64,000 nucleotides of DNA, taken from assembly GCA_964202905.1 (NCBI GenBank), contig CAXNJO010000003.1, forward strand, positions 672,001 to 736,000, in the 5' to 3' direction. A program made the position numbers and the translations under genes. Below the pieces are notes generated by a model. That model did no database searches and was not told the origin of the DNA. It was given only the letters and a program-made list of their open reading frames with translations. This document shows positions 10,468 through 20,624 of this stretch, in pieces; position 1 is the first letter of the stretch; each line of letters opens with the position of its first letter. Source of the stretch: Polyangiales bacterium. Lineage in GTDB: Bacteria > Myxococcota_A > Polyangia > Polyangiales > JADJQN01.

Positions 10468-12380
10468 GCGAGGGGTGGAGCGCGGCGTCCGTCGTGGGAC
10501 GTTCACGGCGGAGCATCGCGGCACAGACACGCCGCGCGGTGTGTGTTTGCGTCGCAGCCCTGGTCGCGACGGGAGTCCTGGCGGCAGGCCTGCTCACAGG
10601 ATGCGGGGATGCACGCCCCCCGACGCCGCCGACACTCCGCGACGCAGGACGAGATGCCGATTCGGATGGCGGGCCGCGCGAGGAAGCAGGAATTGTCGAC
10701 GCATCCCCAGCCGACGCCGCGCTCGACGACGCGGGGTCCGTCGTCGACGACGCCGGGAGCACGGAGCCCGACGCCGCCGTGGACACCGACGGTGGCTCGG
10801 TGGACCGCGGCCGCGTCGACGCCGTGGTCTGGTTCGAGGAGGTCGCGGAATTGAGCGGCCTCGCCTTCGAACGCGAAGCGCGGGAGGGCCTCTTGAGCCT
10901 CGCAGATCGCATGAGCGGCGGCGTGTGCGTGATCGACGTCGATGGCGTGCCTCCGCGCGATCTGTTCTTCGCGGCGCGGCCCGCCCCCTCGGGGGGATCG
11001 CGTCTCTTCGTCGCGCGCGGGCCGCTCGACTACGTCGAGCGCACCGTCGAGCTCGGCCTCGAGGAGGTCGGCGACGCGCTCGGCTGCCTCGCCTTCGACG
11101 CAGAGGGCGATGGGGACGACGACCTGCTCGTGACCGGGCGCGGCAGCCTGCGCCTCTTCGAGAACGCAGGCGGGCGCTTCGTCGACAAGAGCGCGCGCCT
11201 CCCGCCCGTCGCCGACGCGCACCTGTACACGTCGGCGGCCGCGGGCGACGTGGACGGCGACGGCGACGCGGACCTGTTCGTCGCCGGCTTCATCCTCGAC
11301 GACCGCACGAGGCTCCCTGCGGAGTGCGGCCCCTTCCCCTGCCCCTCGGACCTCGGCCGCTTCGAGGGGATCCCGAACCTCCTCCTACTCCGCACGCCGA
11401 GCGGCGACTATCTGGACGACGCGGCGCGCCTCGCGCCCGCGGCCGCGCTGCCAGAGATGACGCTCGTCGTGGGCATCGCGCGGCTGGAGGGAATCAACCG
11501 GGTCGACCTCTGGGTCGGCAACGACTTCGGCTCGCGCTTCAACGACCGACCGCTCCGCTTCGACCCTGCGATGGCTCGCTACGAGGACGTCGCAGACACC
11601 CTCGGGCTCGCGACCAACCAGCGTGGGTACGGCACCGACACGATGGGCTGGTCGACCGGCGATGTGAACGGCGACGGGGAACTCGACCACGTGACGTCGA
11701 GCTACGTCTTCGACTCGACAGCCGTCTACCTGTGCAGCGCCGGCTTCTGCGAAGACCGTGCGCGGAGCGCGGGGATGGACGCGACCTCGAGCACGTTCCG
11801 CTGGGGCGAGGCGCTCGGTGATTTCGACCTCGACGGTGATCTCGATCTGCTGGAGGCGACCGGCCACGTCTACCTGTCCGCCGAGCTCGCGCGGTTCGGC
11901 GTGACCATGATCGACGACCAACCGCCGAATCTGCTCGAGAACACCGACAGCGGATTTTTCACCCCACGCGGATTCGCGGAGGGTCCGGCCTTCACGCGCA
12001 CGGGCCAGCACCGCGGCGTCGCGCTCGTCGATCTCGACGAGGACGGACGCCTCGACGCGGTGATGGCGCCGCGGACGGGCGCGCCGATCGTGCTCCACAA
12101 CGTGCGTCCGCCACGCGGGCACTGGCTGCGCATCGCGCTCCGGGGGCGCGGCGCGAACCGTGACGCCGCCGGCGCCCTCGTCACCGTGCGACACGCGGGC
12201 GGCGCAATCGTGCGCGCGCACGTCGTCGGCGAGGGCTACCTGGGGAACTTCGACCCGCGCGTGCACGTCGGCCTGCCCGGGGACGCGCCGGTCGAGGTCG
12301 AGGTCCGCTGGCCGGACGGCACGGTCACGCGCCGACCGGGGGTCACGGTCGATGCCGACATCCTCGTGACGCAGCCCTGA
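10464..12380 (+). CDS. CRTAC1-like FG-GAP repeat / ASPIC-UnbV lipoprotein
   Basis: GDVDGDGDADL-type repeats; C-terminal NRDAAGALVTV...HVGL...VRWPDG; lipobox LLTGC. Confidence 0.85.
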   Translation: MSEGWSAASVVGRSRRSIAAQTRRAVCVCVAALVATGVLAAGLLTGCGDARPPTPPTLRDAGRDADSDGGPREEAGIVDASPADAALDDAGSVVDDAGSTEPDAAVDTDGGSVDRGRVDAVVWFEEVAELSGLAFEREAREGLLSLADRMSGGVCVIDVDGVPPRDLFFAARPAPSGGSRLFVARGPLDYVERTVELGLEEVGDALGCLAFDAEGDGDDDLLVTGRGSLRLFENAGGRFVDKSARLPPVADAHLYTSAAAGDVDGDGDADLFVAGFILDDRTRLPAECGPFPCPSDLGRFEGIPNLLLLRTPSGDYLDDAARLAPAAALPEMTLVVGIARLEGINRVDLWVGNDFGSRFNDRPLRFDPAMARYEDVADTLGLATNQRGYGTDTMGWSTGDVNGDGELDHVTSSYVFDSTAVYLCSAGFCEDRARSAGMDATSSTFRWGEALGDFDLDGDLDLLEATGHVYLSAELARFGVTMIDDQPPNLLENTDSGFFTPRGFAEGPAFTRTGQHRGVALVDLDEDGRLDAVMAPRTGAPIVLHNVRPPRGHWLRIALRGRGANRDAAGALVTVRHAGGAIVRAHVVGEGYLGNFDPRVHVGLPGDAPVEVEVRWPDGTVTRRPGVTVDADILVTQP

Positions 12381-12516
12381 CGGCGCGCAGCCGCGCGCCT
12401 CGCAGGCGCCGTGCGACAGCGCGATGACCGCACGATGACACTTCGGACATGCCGGAAATGCCCTGAATCAGGCGTTTCTGACAGGACCGGACGCCCGCGC
12501 GGAGGGCGGCGGAGCG

Positions 12517-12720
12517 TCAGGCGCCGGTGACGCGATAGCCCGCTCCGACGACCGCCTCCGTCAGCGCGTCACGGCGCGTGGTCTCGGCGACCTCCACGCG
12601 CGCACGCCCGACCTCGACCTCGATGCGGCCGACACCGGCGACGCCGCCGAGCGCCTCGCGCACGGCGCGGACGCAGTGCTGGCACGACATCCCCTCGACC
12701 TGAAGCTCTTCGTTCCGCAT
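12517..12720 (-). CDS. Heavy-metal-associated domain protein (CopZ-like chaperone)
   Basis: 67 aa, VEGMSCQHC ... GAGY. Confidence 0.88.
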   Translation of the reverse strand: MRNEELQVEGMSCQHCVRAVREALGGVAGVGRIEVEVGRARVEVAETTRRDALTEAVVGAGYRVTGA

Positions 12721-12752
12721 TGGCGAGCCATGGGCCGCGGCGAGGCCCGCCG

Positions 12753-13967
12753 TCAAGCGCGGGGCACGAGGCCACGTCGCGTCGCCCCCAGCGTCTCGAG
12801 GAAGCGCGGGACGGAGTGCGCCTGCGCGATCCAGGTGCGCCCGCGCGCGCTGCGCGCCACGGCGTCGTGCGGCGCCTCGAGGGCCGCGATCAGCGCCGCC
12901 GCGAGGGCGCCCGGGTCGTCGTCCGCGCACACCGCCACAACGCCGTCGAGCGCGAGTCCCGCCGTCGCGCGGCGCTGGGCCACGACCGGGAGCCCCCGGG
13001 CGAGCGCGTCGAGAAGCTTGATCGGCACACCGCCCTCGGCGCCACGCGGCACCAGCGCGACATCGGCTGCGGCGTGCACGGCGCGACGCGACGCTTCGTC
13101 CCCGAGCGACACGCAGCGCGCCCGCGCCCCGAGCCCCGCGGCGCCGAGCGCGGCGCGGAGCGCATGGGGCACGGAGGCGGTCGCGACCAGCACGCGCAAC
13201 GTGGGCCGGCAGGCCGCGGCGCGGGCGAGCGCGGCGAGCGCGCACGGCAGCCCCTGGTACGCGTCGAGGTTGCCGGCGTAGAGCACGACCTCGTCACCGG
13301 GCGCGAGCCCGAAGGACACGCGGGCTGCGGTGCGCTCGGCGAGGTCGATCGGCGCGGGCACCGCCCATGGCAGCGCGAGGCCGTGCACCGCCACGCCACT
13401 CACCGCCGCGAGCCGCCGCGCGAGGGCGGGTGCAACCGCCGCGACGGCGTCCGCGCGACGCGCGAGCGCGACGTCGAGCGCGTCGCCGGCGCGGGCGCAG
13501 AGCGGCGCGCCGAGCGGGCGCAGCGCGGCGGGCAGATAGGTCGGCAGCTCTGGGGCGAGCGCGGTGTGCGCGACGAAGACGAGCGGCCGCGCCCCCGCGA
13601 GGAGCGCCGCGGCGCAGGCCTCGACGTGGTGCGCGTACACGACGTCGGGGCGCAGCACCGCGTGGAGGCGGCGCAGCGTCCGCACGAGCGCGACGTCCTC
13701 CAAGAGTTTGGCGAGCGACGGCCCCGAGCGCAGCGCGGCCGCGGGCACGTCGATGCGCGCGCGTTCGCCGAGGAACTCGGTGCGGTGCAGCGCGAAGCGC
13801 GGCGCCTCGAGCGCGCCCGCGCCGCCCGCGTACACGAGCAGGTGCGTCTCGCCCTCGGCCGCGCAGGCGTCGGCCATCGCGCGCACGGCAGCCTGTGTGC
13901 CCTGCGGCGAGGGGAAGGGCATCGCGGCCACGTGCAGCGCGCGCACAGGCGTGGGTAGCACGCCCAC
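12753..13967 (-). CDS. Glycosyltransferase family 4
   Basis: PFPSPQGTQ, LYAGNLDAYQG, GVPIKLLDALARGLPVV. Confidence 0.8.
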   Translation of the reverse strand: MGVLPTPVRALHVAAMPFPSPQGTQAAVRAMADACAAEGETHLLVYAGGAGALEAPRFALHRTEFLGERARIDVPAAALRSGPSLAKLLEDVALVRTLRRLHAVLRPDVVYAHHVEACAAALLAGARPLVFVAHTALAPELPTYLPAALRPLGAPLCARAGDALDVALARRADAVAAVAPALARRLAAVSGVAVHGLALPWAVPAPIDLAERTAARVSFGLAPGDEVVLYAGNLDAYQGLPCALAALARAAACRPTLRVLVATASVPHALRAALGAAGLGARARCVSLGDEASRRAVHAAADVALVPRGAEGGVPIKLLDALARGLPVVAQRRATAGLALDGVVAVCADDDPGALAAALIAALEAPHDAVARSARGRTWIAQAHSVPRFLETLGATRRGLVPRA

Positions 13968-14042
13968 CGCGGCGCCGCGCCGCGCACCGCGAATGCAGCC
14001 CCGCCGAGCGCCCCCCGCTATGCTGCGCAGCCGAGGTCCACG

Positions 14043-16403
14043 ATGTCGACGTCACTTTCTTTCTTGCCGCGCGGGCGCCTCCCGATCGCGCTCGCCCTGC
14101 TCACCCTCACCGCCGGCTGCGGCGTGCGCACCGCGCTGCGCATCGACGACGACGGCGCCGTACCGCGCGACGCCTCCGGCGACGGCGCCGCGGACTTCGG
14201 GTTCCCCGATGGCGGCGCGGATCTCGGCCTCGACGCGATGGTCCGCTGCACCTCGGACGCCGAGTGCGACGACGGACTCGTGTGCAACGGCGTCGACATC
14301 TGCGGCGCGGACGGTTTCTGCGTGACCACCGTGATGCCGGTGTTCTGCGACGACGGCGTCGACTGCACCGTGGACGCCTGCATGGAGGGATTCCTCGGGG
14401 AGTGCGTGTTCACGCCCGACCCCTCGCGCTGCCTCGGCCGGATGTGCGACCCCGTCAGCGGTTGCCTCACCGTCGGCTGCGCGCGTGATGCGGACTGCGA
14501 CAACACCCTCTTCTGCGATGGTGACGAGACGTGCGGACCCGATGGGATCTGCCTCGCGGGCACGGCGCCCTGCGCGTCCGACGCCTGCGGCGCGACGTGT
14601 GACGAGGGGACGCGCGCCTGCGTCGGACCGGGCGCGCCGATCGACCTCGACGGCGACGGCTTCGGCTCCGCGTTCTGCGGCGGCACCGACTGCAACGACC
14701 GCGACGCGCGCATCTTCCCGGGCGCGGCGGAGTCTTGCGACAACGACGTCGACGACGACTGCAGCGGCACGCGCGACTGTCGCGATGCGGCCTGCGCGAT
14801 GGACCCGATCTGCCTCGCCTGCGCGCCGCGCGAGACGGTGTGCAGCGGTCGCGCCGACGAGGACTGCGACGACCTCATCGACTGCCTCGATCCTGACTGC
14901 GACGGCACCGACGCCTGCGCCGGCTCGTGCACGACCATCGACGTCTGCGGCAACGGCCGCGACGACGATTGCGACGGCGCGCTCGACTGCGCGGACTCGG
15001 ATTGCGCGCGCGATCCCTCGTGCACATGCGGCCCCGGACCGCGCCCCGCCAGCGAGCTCGCGTGTGCAGACGCGGTGGACGACGACTGCGACGGACGCAC
15101 GGACTGCCTCGACACCGACTGTGCGCGCTCGCTCGAGTGCGACACGACGTGCGGCCGCGACATCGGGAGCGCGATCGGCAGCACCGTCGCGCGCGGTTCG
15201 AACGCGCGCGGCACGCTCGAGCTCGAGGGGAGCTGCTCGCCCTCGACGCGCGGCGGTCGCGAGGTGCGCCTCGTGTGGACGGCGCCGGCCACGGGGGACT
15301 ACGTGCTCGACACCTTCGCGTCGGGCTTCGACACCGTGCTTTACGTGCTCGCGAGCTGCGCGGGACCGGAGCTGCCGGGCGCCTGCGACGACGACGGCGG
15401 CACCGCGCAGACCTCGCAGCTGCGCATCAGCGCGGAGGCCGGCGCGCGGCTCGTGATCGTCATCGACGCCTTCGCGGGCGTGGTCGGCGACTACGTCCTC
15501 AACATCGTGCCCGTCTCGACGTCGAGCGAGCGCGGGCGCTGCCGCGACGGCACCGACAACGACCGCGACGGTCGCGCCGATTGCCGCGACACGGACTGCG
15601 CCTCGGACGCCGCCTGCTGCGCGTTCAGCGTCGAGCAGTGCGGCAACGGCGTCGACGACGACTGCGACGGCTTCGCGGACTGCGAAGACACGGGGAGTTG
15701 CGGCATGACCCCCGCGTGCCTTCCCGATGGCGGCGTCCCCGACGCAGGACCCCGCGATGCGGGCATCGACGCAGGGACCCGCGATGCGGGCATCGACGCA
15801 GGCGCCCGTGATGCGGGCACCGACGCAGGCGCCCGTGATGCGGGCACCGACGCAGGCGCCCGTGATGCGGGCACCGACGCAGGCGCCCGTGATGCGGGCT
15901 TCGACGCAGGGCCCCGCGACGCGGGCTTCGACGCAGGGCCCCGCGACGCGGGCTTCGACGCAGGGCCCCGCGACGCGGGCTTCGACGCAGGGCCCCGCGA
16001 CGCGGGCTTCGATGCCGGCACAGACGCGGGCCGCGCCGATCTCGGCATGTGCACCGCGCGCGAGATCGGCGTCGCCGCCTGCACCGATGGCCGCGACGGC
16101 GACTGCGACACGCGCACGGATTGCGCGGACCCGGACTGCCGCCCGCTCGGTGCGATGAGCGAGTGTTGCAACGGGCTCGACGACGACGGCGACGGGACCG
16201 TCGATCTCTTCACCTGCCGCTGCTTCTCCAACGCGGACTGCGCCGGCGTCGGCGACTTCGAGCAGGTCTGCTGGCTGGGGTCGTTCCAGGTGTGCGCGCC
16301 GCGCTGCAATTTCGTGGGCGGGACGACGTGGTGCCGCACGACGCTCGGCGCGACCTGGTCGTGCAACAGCACCACCGGCGAGTGCATCGACAGCGCGCCC
16401 TGA
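14043..16403 (+). CDS. Cys/Asp-rich myxobacterial surface lipoprotein with putative metal-binding repeats, PPC-like domain and DAG linker
   Basis: Lipobox LTAGC; DCNDRDARIFPGAAESCDNDVDDDC and many CxNGxDDDCDGxxDCxDxDC repeats; FDTVLYV. Confidence 0.8.
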   Translation: MSTSLSFLPRGRLPIALALLTLTAGCGVRTALRIDDDGAVPRDASGDGAADFGFPDGGADLGLDAMVRCTSDAECDDGLVCNGVDICGADGFCVTTVMPVFCDDGVDCTVDACMEGFLGECVFTPDPSRCLGRMCDPVSGCLTVGCARDADCDNTLFCDGDETCGPDGICLAGTAPCASDACGATCDEGTRACVGPGAPIDLDGDGFGSAFCGGTDCNDRDARIFPGAAESCDNDVDDDCSGTRDCRDAACAMDPICLACAPRETVCSGRADEDCDDLIDCLDPDCDGTDACAGSCTTIDVCGNGRDDDCDGALDCADSDCARDPSCTCGPGPRPASELACADAVDDDCDGRTDCLDTDCARSLECDTTCGRDIGSAIGSTVARGSNARGTLELEGSCSPSTRGGREVRLVWTAPATGDYVLDTFASGFDTVLYVLASCAGPELPGACDDDGGTAQTSQLRISAEAGARLVIVIDAFAGVVGDYVLNIVPVSTSSERGRCRDGTDNDRDGRADCRDTDCASDAACCAFSVEQCGNGVDDDCDGFADCEDTGSCGMTPACLPDGGVPDAGPRDAGIDAGTRDAGIDAGARDAGTDAGARDAGTDAGARDAGTDAGARDAGFDAGPRDAGFDAGPRDAGFDAGPRDAGFDAGPRDAGFDAGTDAGRADLGMCTAREIGVAACTDGRDGDCDTRTDCADPDCRPLGAMSECCNGLDDDGDGTVDLFTCRCFSNADCAGVGDFEQVCWLGSFQVCAPRCNFVGGTTWCRTTLGATWSCNSTTGECIDSAP
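15741..16010 (+). repeat. Coding tandem repeat, 27 bp x10 (DAG[P/T/A]RDAG[I/T/F])
   Basis: Units such as gacgcaggcgcccgtgatgcgggcacc and gacgcagggccccgcgacgcgggcttc. Confidence 0.95.
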
Positions 16404-16446
16404 GCGCCCGACACACACCGCCCCGACTTCCGTTTTTTCCAGATTC

Positions 16447-18138
16447 TCAGTCGACGTAGCCGAGCGCGCGCAAGCGCGCCTCGACGATCGCCTCGTCGCT
16501 CTCGGGTGCGCTCTCGGCACGCGCAGGCTCCGGCAGCGCGCGGCGTTCGTCGGTCCCGCGCAAGGTCTCGCTGAGCACACGCCCCGCGGCGTCGGGCGTC
16601 GGCGCGAGCCCGAGGCGCGCGAGCAGCGTCGCCGTCGCATCGGCCATGCGCGGCGCGCACGCGACGCCTGCCGCCACCCGCGGCCCCGCGGCGACGTACA
16701 CACCGTGCGCACGGTGGCTCCCCGGCAGCGAGCGGCCCTTGCGCCCGAGATATTCGCCCGGCGCGAGGCGTCGAAACGCGCCCGTGCCCGTGAGCGCGGC
16801 GCGCGGCGGGGCGGAGCCCGTCGGCAGCACGTTGTAGGAATACCCGCCCGGCAGCGCGAGCTCGAGCACGAGATCCGGCGCACGGCCGACGTGCGGTCCT
16901 GCGTAGATGTCTTCGCGCGCGTGCACCGCGTGCACCACCGCGGATCCGTCCCACGGATCGCGGAGCGCGAGCAGCGCCTCCGTCACGCGTGCGCGGACAC
17001 GCGGCACGTCCACCGAATCGACGGTGCCGTGCGGCTCGCGGCCCCGGACGTTGAGCCACACCGAGGGGAAGTAGTTGAGCTCTTCGGAGAACGCCTGCGT
17101 CCGCGCGAAATCGATCGCGCCGAAGCGCGCGCGCGACTCGAGCCAGCCGGGCAGCGCACTCCCCGCCGCGCGGAACACGGCCTCCCTCGCGCGCGGCGGC
17201 AGGCGCACGAGCGCCGCCTCCTTGATCGCACGCACGGCCGCGCCCGCGATGCCGCCCTCGCGCAGCGCGCAGAGCCCCGCGTCCGCGAGCGCGCGGTTCA
17301 GGTAGAGCGCGCGATCGCCGGTGCCGCCCGCGCCGTGATCGCTCACGATCGTCACCTCGACTTCGTCCCCGCCCGCGCGCGCGACGAGCGCGCCGACCGC
17401 CGCGTCGAGCGCCTCGTACACGCGCCCGAGGCCGCGCGCATCGGCGTCCGAGACGTGCGCGGGGCGGCGCGGCGACGCGGGATCGTGCAGCGACCAGAGG
17501 TAATGCGCGGCCGTGTCGCTCTCGCCGAAGTACAGCGCGAAGACGTCCCACGCGCGCTCGTCGAGCAGCCACGCGCCGAGCTCCTGCTTGCGCGCGACCC
17601 GCGCGACGAGCGCATCCGGCAACGCGGTGTGCCAGCCGGGCGCGTCGGCCGCGAGCTCGTCGACGTCGTCGAAGCGCACGCCGCCGAAACGCGCGCGCAT
17701 CGTGTCGTGCAGCGAAGGCGGCCACACGAAGCTGCGATCGGCCTCGAACGCGACGGGCGAATCCCAGCCGCTCACGAACACGCCGTGCGCGAGCCGCTCG
17801 GGCGGCCACGTCGCCGGGAAGCCCACGCACGCACACGCGAGGCCCGCCGCGTCGAGACGCGCGAAGATGGTCGGTACCGCGCGCACCGTCCCGCCGGTGA
17901 AGCGCACGCGATCGCCGACGCGCGTCGTGAAGTCGAACACGCCGTGCACGCCCGGGTCACAACCCGTCAAGAAGGTGGACCAATTGGGCAGCGTGGCCGC
18001 GGGCAGCACGCTCTCGAGCGGCGCAAAGACACCACGTTCTGCGATGGCATGCAGATTCGGCAACCGCGAGGGTCCGAGCGCACGCACGAGATCGGGATCG
18101 AGCCCATCGAGGCCGAGCACGAGCGCACGCGCCGTCAT
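16447..18138 (-). CDS. Alkaline phosphatase superfamily protein (type I phosphodiesterase/NPP-like)
   Basis: VLGLDG, TGCDPGVHGVFDF, VSDHG, GSH, C-terminal RLRALGY. Confidence 0.85.
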   Translation of the reverse strand: MTARALVLGLDGLDPDLVRALGPSRLPNLHAIAERGVFAPLESVLPAATLPNWSTFLTGCDPGVHGVFDFTTRVGDRVRFTGGTVRAVPTIFARLDAAGLACACVGFPATWPPERLAHGVFVSGWDSPVAFEADRSFVWPPSLHDTMRARFGGVRFDDVDELAADAPGWHTALPDALVARVARKQELGAWLLDERAWDVFALYFGESDTAAHYLWSLHDPASPRRPAHVSDADARGLGRVYEALDAAVGALVARAGGDEVEVTIVSDHGAGGTGDRALYLNRALADAGLCALREGGIAGAAVRAIKEAALVRLPPRAREAVFRAAGSALPGWLESRARFGAIDFARTQAFSEELNYFPSVWLNVRGREPHGTVDSVDVPRVRARVTEALLALRDPWDGSAVVHAVHAREDIYAGPHVGRAPDLVLELALPGGYSYNVLPTGSAPPRAALTGTGAFRRLAPGEYLGRKGRSLPGSHRAHGVYVAAGPRVAAGVACAPRMADATATLLARLGLAPTPDAAGRVLSETLRGTDERRALPEPARAESAPESDEAIVEARLRALGYVD

Positions 18139-19577
18139 GTGCGCTCCGCGCCGTGCGGTGCGACCGCCTGCGCCACGTCGCGGCCGAGCAGCCCTCCGGG
18201 CACCGGCACGCCGAGCCGCGCGAGCACCGTCGGCGTCACGTCGTAGAGCGAGAGCCCATCGACGCGGCCGTGCGCGGGCACGCCCCGGCCCGCCATCGCG
18301 AAGATGCCGTCCCAATCGTGGTTCGCGGCGTCGGCGCCCGTGTCGTTGCCGGCGTGGAAGAGCGGCGCGCGCCCACCCGGGTCGAGCTCGTCGACGCCGG
18401 CGATCGTGCCGAGCGCGCGAAAATCGAGATCGCCGAAGAACACCAGCAGCTCGGGCGGATTTCCGCGCGTCGCGCGGTACGCCTCCTCGGGCACGACGAC
18501 GCGATTGCCAAGCGGCGTGCCATCGTCGGCGCGCATCGCGCCGAGCGCATCGACGAGCTCCGCGCGCAGGTGCGGTACGTCCTCCGGCGCGACGACGCCC
18601 TGCGGCTCCCGCCCGCGCACGTTGAGGAACACGCGCCCGTGGTAGCCGCCCTCGCCCCACGCGCGCGTGCGCGACCAGTCGACGCGTGCCTTCGCGAGCG
18701 GCGATCTTTGCGCGGGTCGCTCGGCGAGCACGAGGTCGCCGCGCGCGATCAGCCACTCGTTGATCGCGACCCCGCCGCGCAGCGTGCGCGCGCCGTGATC
18801 GCTCACGACGAGCACCGTCGTGTCCGCGTCGCAGCGCGCGAGCAGCGCGCCGAGCCCCGCGTCGATCGCCGCGTAGTAGTCGCGCCCTGCCTGCGCGAGC
18901 GGGTGTCCTGGTTCGTGGCGGGGATGCGTCGGATCGAGGTGCTCCCAGAGCGCGTGGTGAAAGCGGTCCGGCCCGATCGTCACCGCGAAGAGCAGGTCCG
19001 GCGCATGCGCCTCCCACACGTGCAGCGCCATCGCGAGGTGCTGCTCCGTCATCGCGCGGATCTCGCGCGCGAGCCGCGCGGGCTCGCCGCCGCGGAAGCC
19101 CTCGACGTCGAGTTGGTACGGCCCGAAGTGCGCGGTGAGTTCGTCCTTCAGCGCAGGCGGATCGCTCCACGCGTGCCCGGCGCTCGGCGTGAGAAAACAG
19201 CCCGCGACCTCCCCGCCCTGCGGCGCGCGCGGCGGCCACGAGGGCGGCACGAAGAGCGCCGACGTGCGCAGCCCCGCGCCCGCGGCGAGATCCCACACGC
19301 GCGGCGCCTCGAGCCTGCGCGCGTCGACCAGCGCGAGGTCGTACGTGCCGGGCACACGGTCGCGAAACCCGTACATCCCCAGCTCGCCCGGGTCGCGCCC
19401 CGTCGTCATGCACGCCCATGCGGGCACCGTCACCGGCGGCACCACGCTGCGCAGCGGGCCCCAGATCCCGCGCGCGCGGAGCGCGCTCAAGTTCGGCATC
19501 ACGTCGGCGAAGCGCGCGAACGCGAGCGACGGCGGCGCGCAGTCGAGGCCGAGGACGAGCACGCGCGGCCGGGACAC
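18135..19577 (-). CDS. Alkaline phosphatase superfamily protein (type I phosphodiesterase/NPP-like)
   Basis: VLGLDCA, PPVTVPAW, GPDRFHH, VSDHG, DAANH; start uncertain (GTG 19577 or ATG 19628). Confidence 0.85.
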   Translation of the reverse strand: MSRPRVLVLGLDCAPPSLAFARFADVMPNLSALRARGIWGPLRSVVPPVTVPAWACMTTGRDPGELGMYGFRDRVPGTYDLALVDARRLEAPRVWDLAAGAGLRTSALFVPPSWPPRAPQGGEVAGCFLTPSAGHAWSDPPALKDELTAHFGPYQLDVEGFRGGEPARLAREIRAMTEQHLAMALHVWEAHAPDLLFAVTIGPDRFHHALWEHLDPTHPRHEPGHPLAQAGRDYYAAIDAGLGALLARCDADTTVLVVSDHGARTLRGGVAINEWLIARGDLVLAERPAQRSPLAKARVDWSRTRAWGEGGYHGRVFLNVRGREPQGVVAPEDVPHLRAELVDALGAMRADDGTPLGNRVVVPEEAYRATRGNPPELLVFFGDLDFRALGTIAGVDELDPGGRAPLFHAGNDTGADAANHDWDGIFAMAGRGVPAHGRVDGLSLYDVTPTVLARLGVPVPGGLLGRDVAQAVAPHGAERT

Positions 19578-19634
19578 GTCGCCGTCTCTAGCACGCCTTC
19601 CCGGGCGCCCGCTGCCCGTGGTAGCCATCGCCGC

Positions 19635-20495
19635 ATGACGCTCCAACTCCGCAAGGTCGCCGTGCTCGGCGCGGGCACGATGGGTCACGGGATCGCGCAG
19701 GTCTGCGCGCAGGCGGGCTGCAACGTCGCGCTGCGCGACGTCTCGCAGCAGGCCCTCGACAAGGGCCTCGCGGGCGTCCGCAAGTCCCTCGACCGCCTCG
19801 TCGAGAAGGGCAAGCTCGACGACGCGGGGCGCACGCGCGTGCTCGGCGCGATCACGCCGACGACCTCGCTCGAGGACGCGGTACGCGACGCGGACGCCGT
19901 CATCGAAGCCATCCCCGAGCGCATGGAGTGGAAGCTCGAGACCTTCCGCGCGGTCGACGCGCACGCCCCCGCGCACGCGCTGCTCGGCACGAACACGTCG
20001 TCGCTCAGCGTCACCGAGATCGCCGGCGCCGTGCGCGACGCCTCACGCGTCGTGGGCCTGCACTTCTTCAACCCGGTGCCCGTGATGGAGCTCGTCGAGA
20101 TCGTGCGCGGGTTGCGCACGAGCGACGAGGCCATCGCGCACGCGCGCGCGCTCACGGAGCTGCTCGGCAAGAAGCCCATCGTCGTCAAGGATTTCCCGGG
20201 GTTCGCGACCTCGCGGCTCGGCGTCGCGATCGGCGCGGAGGCCATCCGCATGCTCGAGCAGGGCGTCGCGAGCGCGGAGGACATCGACACCGCGATGAAG
20301 CTCGGCTACCGGCATCCGATGGGCCCACTCGAGCTCACGGATCTCGTCGGCCTCGACGTGCGCCTCGCGATCCTCGAGCACCTGCACCGCGAGCTCGGCG
20401 AGCAGTTCCGCCCGCCCGCGCTGCTGCGTCAGCTCGTGCGCGCCGGCAAGCTCGGCCGCAAGAGCGGCGAGGGCTTCTACACCTACCCGAAGTGA
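19635..20495 (+). CDS. 3-hydroxyacyl-CoA (3-hydroxybutyryl-CoA) dehydrogenase
   Basis: GAGTMGHGIA, EAIPE, NTSSLS, HFFNP, HPMGPL, GKLGRKSGEGFY. Confidence 0.93.
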   Translation: MTLQLRKVAVLGAGTMGHGIAQVCAQAGCNVALRDVSQQALDKGLAGVRKSLDRLVEKGKLDDAGRTRVLGAITPTTSLEDAVRDADAVIEAIPERMEWKLETFRAVDAHAPAHALLGTNTSSLSVTEIAGAVRDASRVVGLHFFNPVPVMELVEIVRGLRTSDEAIAHARALTELLGKKPIVVKDFPGFATSRLGVAIGAEAIRMLEQGVASAEDIDTAMKLGYRHPMGPLELTDLVGLDVRLAILEHLHRELGEQFRPPALLRQLVRAGKLGRKSGEGFYTYPK

Positions 20496-20624
20496 TCGCG
20501 GCGCAGGCCTCAAGCCCCTGAAAAAACGCGGCGGCCGGGGCCGGACTCACGTCCACGCCACCGACCGCCGCATCCTTCACGCACGCTGCGTCACGCCCCG
20601 CGGGTCACGCGGGACGCGCGTCGT

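Noticed and set aside
12517..12720. Copper-resistance operon
   Set aside because: Only a lone CopZ-like gene; no ATPase or regulator nearby
16447..19419. Single 990-aa phosphodiesterase
   Set aside because: The N-terminal extension is an off-frame read of the upstream paralog; the real start is 18138
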